The translations under genes and the position numbers were made by a program. A stretch of 64,000 bases of DNA. Source: Phoronis australis. Taxonomy: Eukaryota > Animalia > Phoronida. Positions 53,958-64,000 of the stretch are shown piece after piece (positions within the stretch are counted from its first letter, which is position 1; the number at the start of each line of letters is the position of its first letter). A model generated the notes under the pieces. It saw only the letters and a program-made list of their open reading frames with translations, did not search any database and was not told the origin of the DNA. The stretch is taken from positions 205,593 to 269,592 of the forward strand of contig NMRA01000505.1 of the NCBI GenBank assembly GCA_002633005.1, read 5' to 3'.

Positions 53958-54130
53958 TAATATTATTTAGAAAACACACTTGACATTTGGTTTAGTCGAG
54001 AAAAGTTATTTCAAGACAAGATGGATGGTGCTTGAATTTTTCGAACCGAATTTAGGATTATAGATTCCGTTAATTAATCATGAAAAATAAACAGATTTGG
54101 TTGATTTTCTTATTACCAGAAGGAAAAGCT

Positions 54131-54386
54131 GTCGTATGTCGTTGTCTCATGTTGAGACTCCAAAAGGTGTCGTATGTCGTTGTCTCATGTTGAGACTCCA
54201 AAAGGTGTCGTATGTCGTTGTCTCATGTTGAGACTCCAAAAGGTGTCGTTGTGTCATGTTGAGACTCCAAAAGGTGTCGTATGTCGTTGTCTCATGTTGA
54301 GACTCCAAAAGGTGGCGTATGTCGTTGTCTCATGTTGAGACTCCAAAAGGTGGCGTATGTCGTTGTCACATGTTGAGACTCCAAAA
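54131..54386. repeat. 38-bp tandem repeat, about 7 copies
   Basis: GTCGTATGTCGTTGTCTCATGTTGAGACTCCAAAAGGT head-to-tail, starting at 54131, 54169 and onward. Confidence 0.95.
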
Positions 54387-55364
54387 CGCAACACCTCTTA
54401 GTTCTTGATGGTTCAGTCGTGATGGGGGTCGCAGATTGAGTTGCCCAATTTGCACAAAGTAGCTCCAGGAAGGGGTGACCTTTCACTCGTTGCGTAATTT
54501 CACTGATTGTATATACAGTAGATTGCCTTAATGGTTCAATCAGAAATACTCTTAATGTCAAATCCTACGGAGTCTCTCGATGGCTCATTGCAAAAACTAT
54601 GACGCATCAGCAAGCAATACTCAGCAACGTCATTTTTGTTTGTAAAATGAAATAAAAGGAAATGGGATGGCGAACCAAGATTTGATGACTTGTGAACTGT
54701 TGACAAGCAGGTTGTCACGTACAAAGGTAAAGGTGTTCGTAACTTACAGTGATCGCAAAAGTGATCCGCGTGTTTCCCTCCACAGGCTATGTGAAAGCGT
54801 GAACTTTCGATTAGTCTATGCGCGCCTATTGAAGTCCGACTGGAATCCATTATTTATTGTTAGTCCACTCAATAAAGGGTGGTCCAAAATTTAGAGACCA
54901 GGATGGTCCAAGAAAAAGGGTGGGTTTCTGAATAGACTTCTAAAAGTATATCGTAAGCTATTAGTAAAAAAACGGCAATAAATGTTAGTACCACAATCTC
55001 TGTGCCCAGTAGTCTTCTTCTTCTAGGTTCAAGTGACCGCACTCTCTCCAGATTATTATGTCACTGAATAACAATGAACATCAACAAAGACAAAAGCAAC
55101 TATAACAAGTTTAAATATATATATATAGTGGACGTCACTTCAGAGATCGGTTAACATAGCTAGGTTGTTTAGTCCGCAGGAATAAATAATAGAAATCCTC
55201 TACTTTTCTCGCAGTTTTTCCTTGCTCCTGTGGCTAATAAGGGATGCCCGGACACCACTAAAGCCACCCGGGATCCGCCTAAGGTCAATGGTATTTTGGA
55301 ACACCAGAGGATGCGGTTTGCCAAGTGTGCTACTCTTTTGCCGCCAAGATTGTTGTATACACAA

Positions 55365-55635
55365 GGGCTAGGTTGCTAAAAACTTCAACATTAGTGGCTG
55401 GATAAGTTTGATTGTTACATGACGTCAAATGCATTGTTCCACAACAATAACGTGGCGCGTGATAATGCGACACCAATGTTGCTATGGTCCAGTTACATAG
55501 AAGTAATACGCCATAAAGCAACAATGACGTCGCATTATTACACGTCACGTTATTGTTGTTGAACAATGCATTTGACGTCACGCAACAAACAAACTTATCC
55601 AGCGGATAATTTTGAAGTTTTATACAATTAAGCCC
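55365..55635. mobile_element. Foldback MITE (whole-element imperfect palindrome)
   Basis: GCTGGATAAGTTTG...TGACGTCAAATGCATTGTTC.ACAACAATAACGTG is mirrored by CACGTTATTGTTGTTGAACAATGCATTTGACGTCA...CAAACTTATCCAGC. Termini GGGCT...AGCCC. Confidence 0.8.
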
Positions 55636-57089
55636 AGACCATTAACTCGGGCATGTGCAAAGGAGTCCACCCCAGAACTGCTTTGTTCCATGGCTTGCAG
55701 TACCAGTGAAACCATTGGGGGGAAAGGGGGGCGCTGTGAAAGACGTGACCTAATACTGGAGTGCCACCTGACGGCAGATAGATAAGAGGTGTCAATTTTT
55801 ATTTTCTGATAAAGAATTTAGTTTCGAAACCCGTTAATTAATGTTGAAGTCAGGAACATTTGCCAAATTTTTACAGGAATCGACAGAAAACGATCAAATA
55901 AATTCAGCCTTAGAAATATTCTTTGGTTAATAATGCTGCCAACTTACGAAGTGCCCACAGAATGCCAAAACCGCAACACCCACTGCACATCAATGTGGAT
56001 GTTGGACCTGCAAACGCAGAGGTGACCTCAGATAAAGTACTCGTTGACATACAGAAGGTTGCAAGTGTCATGAATAAACGATTTGATAACAGCGTGGTGA
56101 ACTTGTTGTAGAAGTTTCCGAGGCAATTTCAAAAGAATAAAAAAGAAAGTTGAACGGGACAAGTCAGAATTGTTGGGCACGATCAGATTTTAGAAATAGA
56201 GAAACCAGTCTTTTTAATGAGAGAGCAAAATTAGCGCAGTGATACATGAAGTTATAGAAGGTCTGCAGGCACCTAGAGATAACAACGCTGAGTACCAACG
56301 TTTTCATATTTGGTCTCAAACGTCATGTTCTGGGCTTTAAATGGTGTTAAGTGGGGAAATATTTTAAAAGAGCGGTCATCTATAGATAAGAGCTGGATAA
56401 TTAAGGTATCGACAAGTCGCATGGTACCGGAATTTCACATGACCGGTTACTCACATGCATGATTCTGCCACAGCTGGAAGAGCAAGATGGTAAAGCAATT
56501 AGACTCCGTAATTGTGCGCGATATCTTGTTTAGAACGACCTTTTGGATATTCTTAGCTTGCGCTTATGGAGCATATTGATAACTACAAGCAGGTCACCTT
56601 GTGTCAATATTTCTCCGAGTAGCCTTCCGACCTCGCCCTCTACTGGATTAAATGTCAGCATTGGCATAGTGATTTCTTCCACTTGACAATGAAAATGAAA
56701 TAACGACCAGGCCGATCATAAATGAGACAGACGTGGACGGAGCTTAAATCCCGGTACATACAGAACCCTGCGTACATGTGATTTAGAATCTTAGTGAAGT
56801 GTCTTTTTGTTGGTGAAGAAGTTGTACTTAGTGTTTGACTCGTGAGATTGATGTTGGGAGAGAGGTCAACCAACATCAATGACGTAATTTAATGTCGAGA
56901 AAACGGATATTTTATCTTTTAAAAAGCACAACTTCTTGTTTGCAAAATGTTTTCAAATGTAGTAGTTTGTCAATTGATGTGAAAGATTAATGCAAATATC
57001 TTGATGTATGACTTAATGGGCACCCAGACCGCACTGTCATGTCTTCGGCTCAGTCTGCCAGCTGAAATCTATTGTAAGGCGGTCTGTTA

Positions 57090-57960
57090 CATGTCATTGT
57101 CATTGTCATTGTCTCAGGGACAGACATCACTGCACATTGGACAGGTCCACAAGCGCACAGTCCTTCTCTGCAGCAGCCAAGAAAGAGTCACACTGCTGAT
57201 GGTTCCCATGTTGAGCAGGTTAATCCGGTATCTACTTTCTCCACGTAGGTTGGTTCTGATGCCGCTTCCTCTGACAACATGAAGTTCAGTTAGTCTTTCC
57301 AGGGTGGTGCTTTCTGAGGGAGCCTCCATCTCCTGGTCTTTCAGTGCCATCAAAACATCCTCGCTCCAAGTGACATCTTCCAAAAGTTCTGCTTTCCTGC
57401 CAGGTCATCTGCTCTTTCATTCCCCGTCACTCCAACATGTCCAGGGGTAAACAACCACACCAGGTGTTTCAGCCAGATTCAGTCTCATAGGGTCAGAGAG
57501 CCACGAGCCCAACCTCAGTGCCACTGTACGTTCCATCAATGCAGCGGCTATCCAGTTGATGATGTAATGGTTGACCCCACAATCCAAAAGCAGATTCACC
57601 AACTTCTCGTAAGATACACGATTATAAGCGTCCTCGAGGTCAATCTCCAATGCCAGAGTATCTTCCTTCCTTTGGAATGCTTCATATACATCATACGAAA
57701 AAATGGCCACATTGGCCCATGTGACTTTCCCGGTTCAGTAGCTTCCAAGAGTTTGTGGAAGTAGCTTCTTATTCTCCAGGTCCCATGCGAGTTCTCGGGC
57801 CACATTGTATTTTGCATTGTTATTATTCTACAGCCATTCGGCTTGGTGTTGTATCTTCCAGGCTTAGGAAGCACTGCCAAGAAGCTGTGTAGCCAATCCT
57901 CGGGAATTATACCTTTCTCCAAGCTTTCTTGGTACAAAGCGGCCAGCTCTTCAAGTTCTG
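57090..57960 (-). mobile_element. Non-LTR retrotransposon RT fragment (clade unresolved, possibly I/Jockey group)
   Basis: GIIPEDWLHSFLAVLPKPG..CRIITMQN and LEIDLEDAYNRVSY RT motifs in shifted frames, with (TGTCAT)n at the 3' side. Confidence 0.8.
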
Positions 57961-60900
57961 TTACATGTCAAATGATGTGTTGATATACAGTACCTTATAC
58001 GGTGCACAGCCCAGTACACCGGCGATATGGGAAGTGGGATGGAAAACTCCAGATAAGACATAAATGATGATTTGGTGTGATTCGGTTTGCTGCAGGCACA
58101 CTGACATTCCTAAGCATTGATCACCGGGGAAAATCTTTCATCTCTCGCTGCCACTATGAATATTTATTAATGTTAAAGGTTGGTACCCTGCAGTAAGAGG
58201 ACGGGACACTCAGGTGAAGGATTCACTGAATAAAGGAATTTTGGTTTACTAGAATCAGTCTTAGGTCATCATTTGTAACTAGTGCTACTATGGGGGAGTC
58301 GAGAACGAAGCTTGAGTATGTTTAAGTGATTAAATGTCACCTATGTAACATTTAAAGATAAGCAATTTTGCTCCTTTAAGTCCTTCGAAAATTTGACACT
58401 CAGTAATTGCCAAGATCTGCTTGCCATATGTAAGCGCTTTCGAGTGGTTATGCTGTACATGTAATTTCAGTTGTATATTGTACAGTCTCTAATTTCTTTG
58501 AAAAATTATTGTGATGCATTTGTATACAATTATATTTTGAAAGTAGGTGACCATAAAGTTTGTCTTTATCAATTTAATGACAAGCGTGGAACAGTTTTGA
58601 GGTAGCAGCACTGGATAAGAAACGAAAAATTGTAATTAGAACAAAAATCACATTGGCACCTGGAAACTAAGCAGTTAACAGGTTACCTAATACATGCATC
58701 ACCATTGAAATCACTCCGCATTGTATAGCAAAAGCGGGAAGTATTCGAATCTACAAGAACAGGCTTTAAAAGACTAAAACCTCTTTTCTTTTTTTGATAT
58801 AGAAATGATAAATAAACATTGAGTGAAAATAGTTTCTGAACACCAAAGGTGAAGGTCAAGTTGATTTTCCACAGTCACTTATTACGCAACCATGTCTGTG
58901 ACCAACTGAAATTGCATCACGAATGTCAGTAGTTGAGACACCATCACCATTCCATAGTAGTTCTAATGAATGAGATTGCCAGTATCCAGGTCACGGCAAC
59001 AAAGATTCTTAGACAGAAACACTATCATCGGGGTCCAACATGTGGAGCAAAGGGCTTTCCTAGACTTAGAAAACCCTGAGACACTTTGAAGATGACTATT
59101 CGGAAGTGTAGTTCAGGTCTGATTTTCTTTGCCGTTGTGAGGTACAACAGTCAGAGTGTCATTCGTAATATTGATAGTTGCTGATGCCGAAATCGAACGT
59201 TTCGGTAAATTTAGTATTGCGCAAAACTCAATGCTTTACGCGACAGATCCTTACATCCATCTTTTGCGGTCTATGAGCTCCGGGACATTTTCTCTAGAGT
59301 AAGTCTATTTACATCAGGTGGGAGCGATAACAGTTGCAAAGATGTTTGTCATATCTGTCGTATTAGCGGCCAATGCTTAAGTTCTCCAGTAATCGCTCTG
59401 ATTTTAAAATGAATTAAAGTTATTGTTGTTCAGGATGATAGATGAATTAGGTGACAACTTGACAGCTGTGCCCTCATGTAACTGACGTCGTAGCATCAAT
59501 TTGTTAATGACTTCACTCAAAACATATTATCAAGAACGTTGGTAATCGGGGCGGATGGGAATAGTCAAAGGGCCGTTTTGGGTTCGAACACTTGAATGTC
59601 TTAAAGTGGAACAGAAAGTAAAAAACATACTAAATTCTCTGTCACTGGAACACAAGTCAAACTGTTTGCTAAGTATTTTACGGTCTGTCCGTGAAAACGA
59701 ATTTCAGTTGATGGTGAAGCATTTTTTCTTTACTTTCAAAGTTCCAAAACACGACCCGTCAACTGCTCGTCATTTCGTAAATTTCCTCCCACACAGCAAA
59801 GCATCTCTCTTTATTTGGTATGCCAAGACACAGACGTAACACACTTGAATTTTACCTGTTTTGATGTATCGTCATCGCCTGCTCGCATTCTTTGCATGGT
59901 CATTGGTTTATGGTTTGTGCACTACGCTGTAATGCACGAGTTCACGGTTTCAAATTGGGCATGCGTAGCGCGTGCGCAGAAGCGTCGCAGAAAATTAGAT
60001 AAAGAGATACGCTTATTTTGAACCACTTTCTATGGATACCCAACAAAATGTCGATTTTTTTAAATGGCGAAATCTTCCCTTGATAACACATGAATTTGTC
60101 ATCAGTATATGAATTCTGCTGGGTTATTTGGACCCAGCTTATTTTAGATAAGTTAGAGTTTGTAGGATGAAAGTTATAGCTTGCGATTGAAAGTATTTAA
60201 AGATTTGTGTTTTCTGTACATCAAGGGCTAACAATATAAATACTGATCCGGGGGGGACTTCGTGAATAAATGACCGACCTAGTGTAGCAAATATCCGCAT
60301 TTATACCGACAACATACAATGAGCTTCAAAATTAAGCATTATAGGAGATTATCAGAAGAAAATGTTTTAGTGGTGAGAATTCATAATTTCAGCCTTTTGA
60401 AAATTCAATCGATATCTTTCGACTACAGATTCTAGACATGCTTTGCTCTCCCGTCCACTTACACGGGAAATTTATGTGATGTACGTGACATGGTTTGTGT
60501 ACTCTACCAAAATAGTTTAGATGGTAAACAAAACCGCAGACTTGTGTATTGGTCAGATCGCAAAAAGTAAAATCCGACGTCCGGGAGGCATTAGTGCTAT
60601 TCAACGGCTTGGGTGGCACTCAACAGCTGATTTGGGGCTTGAAAAACAAGGTCAAGTCAGCTCCAACAGTCTGTTCCACTGGATGTACAACTGAAACCTG
60701 AAAATTTCAGTTGCTCCACCTATTATGACTCCCGGAAGTTCAGCCGGCTATTTGAAAAATCGAGCCAACATGCGCCAAATCATCAGTTTTCACCCTAAAG
60801 CCACCATTTGCATGCACTTACTAAAAACTGAGAGACAGTCTATTCAGACTGCTAAAACTCTCCAAATTCCAGAAACCAAGTGAAAAGTGGGTGTCAACCA

Positions 60901-63398
60901 GCCAAATTTTTCACAAATCCAAAGAATCTGAAGGGTACCTAAATTCCCTGCTAAATTTCAACTTCCCGCTTGCAAACAGTAAAGGTTTAAGGTTTAAGAA
61001 AAAGTCACAGCTGAGCAAAAAGCGGGTGAAGGAGTCAACAGATGACAATCTTTCACCCAGAACAGATTCAAAAATCAAACAAATGCCATTCGTAGCCTTC
61101 ACAGAATTCAAAATGCCCAGCCAACCCAGCAGGCTCCAATTTTTAATGAAACTGGGAGGCAAACTGAACTGTAAACTAATGAATGCCACATTACCAGTCA
61201 ACTTCACACTCTAACGGAAGTTAAAGTTTTAGCAAATCAGAGGATGGAAGTATCAGTGTTCGTGTAATAATATGAAATAGGATAGGCGTGATTGCATTGT
61301 GAGGCAGCTGCGATGTTGTGGCCAAGTACCGGCGGTCCTTCCATAGAAAACATATACGGGCGCTACCGTTTCTAAGTCAAATATCTAAATGGGTGTGTTT
61401 CCTAATTTTCAAACTCCATGCAACAGTCATCAAATATATAGCCGAGGAGTCTTGGTAAAGTTAACAAAATATCAACACCAACAGTACAACTGCAAAAAAT
61501 GGTCGCGTTAAACGAGCATGTGTCATCGTTTTGAAAAAATCGATGTCTAATAAAGCTAATGGTTGCGGTATTAATCTACGTTTAGCTAAACAATTGACAT
61601 TCCGTTATCATAAAGACGTTCGCATAGATCCTCGTCATTGGTTTGTATTATCAAAGGCGTTAACATGATAATAGTAATCAAATAAACAGGTTCTACTTTT
61701 ACTAGGTACCAGTCACTATCTTAAAGTTCAATTTGTTTCATGTTGTGGAAGTTAATCTGATGAAGCAGTAGTAACGCAGTCTCATGATAATATTCTGCTA
61801 AAACAGCTGCGAGTTAGCTGATGACCCCACGCAGCTTGGCTAGGACTTCAATAACGTGTTATCGTAAGGTACTCGGCATAGATATTCATTTGAACAGCTG
61901 TAGCTTATGTGCCGTAGAGAAAGATGTCGGCAGTTAAACTACAACACATCAGTTATTGATGAACCGAGTGAGAGGTAAAAATATGTCTATGCAAATGCAA
62001 AATAGTTGAAAGCTATTTTTGTTTGTTTTGAGTTGAATAAAGTACTCCGCCTAGTGCCCTACCCCTACGTACTGTAAACGCATTTGTTTTTATTTTTTAT
62101 CATTCCCAACTGGTAAAATCATTGGTCTTGGAGGTAGGCAGCTAAGGGTAGTTGAGCCAACTGTTAAACCATTAGCATTCATTTTGAATGTATCGTTGCT
62201 TAATGTAAAAATACCAGCTGGTTAGAAGCAAACAATTTTTTTCCAATCTTTAAATAGTCTGAACAACATGGCTACTGTGTTTATAGTATTTATACTCCAT
62301 TCTCGGAATAATCGAAAGTCGCGAAAATTACGAGATGATTGTTCACTCTCAAGTTTATGAGTATCAGTCGGAAAACAGCTCAGTTTGTTGTTTTAGACAT
62401 GAGCACTCCAAAGCCATTTCTCTGAATGACATTACAATTTATTTGCCGTGTTTTAGAAATGAGGAATGTATTTGACAAGGTCCACCACGGTTATAATCTG
62501 AACCAGTCGTATTTCTTAAGAGATATCTAGTGGAGTGGTTGAGGTCATAGTTTACAGACACCAGTCAGCGAAGCAAAAAGAAACAACCAATTCAACCACG
62601 AAACATATAACTATATTTGCAGCCATGAACACGTATACCCCGCCATAGTCATTTCACATTGTTGCGTTCGCAAGGCCAATTCACTCAAAACGCGCGTGAG
62701 TGTGCGAGAGATGGAAACGAAAGGTTATCGCAACCGTTTTGGCAGGAATGAGTTCCGATGCAGTTGTCGCTGATTTTTTAAATACTCAGAGTCATACTGA
62801 AATCCACTATCCGCCAGACGGTAGCCTAATCGGGTCTTCAGTGGCCAGGCGTTCAGCGCCATCTGCCAACATCATGTAATTGGGATGAGAGCTTTAGACC
62901 TCCTGGTATCAACGGCATTTTAAAACCTTTCCTGCTACTATAACGCCAGCAAATTTCCACTGCTGTGCGGGGTAAAAACAAATCTCTTAAAATATATTTG
63001 GATGTTCGGTACATTACCAACTGCAAAGAAAAATTCCTGGCTGTGAAGTCAGTGATTGCAACCGACAAAGCTGGAGAATTTTGATCAAAGAAAGTGACGC
63101 ACTGACAGTGGGGTTTATTCCTATGTTCTTAAATCAATGAACTGCAACGTAATAATTGAATTTCAGACCACCGAATCTGACTCGGGCTCCAGCGGAAATC
63201 ATTTTAGTGCTTCCATTAATACAGAGAGGGCGCAATATGAAAAGTCCGTTATTAACTCAACACATTTTTTAAGAGAAGCCTACGCATCAATATAAAACGG
63301 GCTTCTCGTAAACTGAACTGACTTACCATTATTTTTTAAAAATGTCAACCTTCTAGATCAGATTAAAGCTCATGTGTTTATTGCAGTTAATCTCAACC

Positions 63399-63728
63399 TT
63401 CGTGACATTACGGCGTTTTCCAGTTGCTCCCAAGTTCTTTGATTCTATAGCCCAACAACAAGTTGGGAAGATGACTCTTGTAGCCATCATTGATTAACTC
63501 CATTCTGGCATTTATGGTTGGAGGGCCAGCTCTCTTTTGTTCGATAATTGCTCTAATCTCCAATAAGATCGTATCTAGCCTGACTGGGCTGTGCTGTTAA
63601 AAATAAAAGTTAAGTTATAACACATTTGAACACAAACCAATAGCATTTCTGAAATCTTTGTCAAATGGTGATGATGTTTAGTTTTTGAATCAAAATTGTT
63701 CAACTACAACCGAAGTTACGACAATCTC
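63399..63728 (+). repeat. Dispersed repeat, copy B (matches 18140-18497)
   Basis: Same orientation and high identity to copy A. Confidence 0.9.
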
Positions 63729-64000
63729 TTCTTTCTGAACGCCGTACCAATGGGGCTATTCGGAAAATCTGCAATAACTAGAGGGCGTGAGTGTACTAGT
63801 GGTGATAGATTAACAGCCTCGATTTCGCGAGCCCTTTAAATACATGGTGAAATGGCTTGCAGCCGTGCCAACTGAATCTGAGATTGCGTAAAAAGGGTGC
63901 TTCTATGAGAGGAAGTAAGCACGACCTCATACAAAGGTAAGGTTTGTGATTATTTTAACGATTATTCCATGATTATTCTACCGATGCCTGTTAACTGAGG

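Noticed and set aside
54131-54386. 38-bp hairpin-containing repeat as CRISPR
   Set aside because: There are no spacers; it is a pure tandem repeat.
60891-61214. 107-aa and 98-aa overlapping ORFs
   Set aside because: Non-ATG starts, no recognisable motif and no convincing splice context.

Overview
Eukaryotic, intron-containing, AT-rich and repeat-rich DNA from an animal. An invertebrate is inferred from the transposon content; the species cannot be named from the sequence. There is no prokaryotic operon or CRISPR array. Genes: (1) the last three coding exons of CLPB/SKD3 (+, 2713-3558); (2) a small, spliced, cysteine-rich metallothionein-like gene missed by the ORF track (-, three exons in 5157-5837, first exon not located); (3) a two-exon TRIM gene with RING, two B-boxes, coiled coil and NHL repeats (-, 11759-13835); (4) an intronless 316-aa orphan ORF with a weak kinase N-lobe resemblance (+, 31424-32374). 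The rest is transposon debris (Kolobok-like element with a THAP relic, hAT fragment, MITEs with 5-6 bp target duplications, Harbinger-like MITEs, several LINE fragments, a hairpin element carrying a tRNA-like sequence), a 6.5-kb 32-bp minisatellite, smaller tandem repeats, and candidate promoters or non-coding first exons in the gene-poor right half. All family calls come from recognising motifs by eye; no database search was run.
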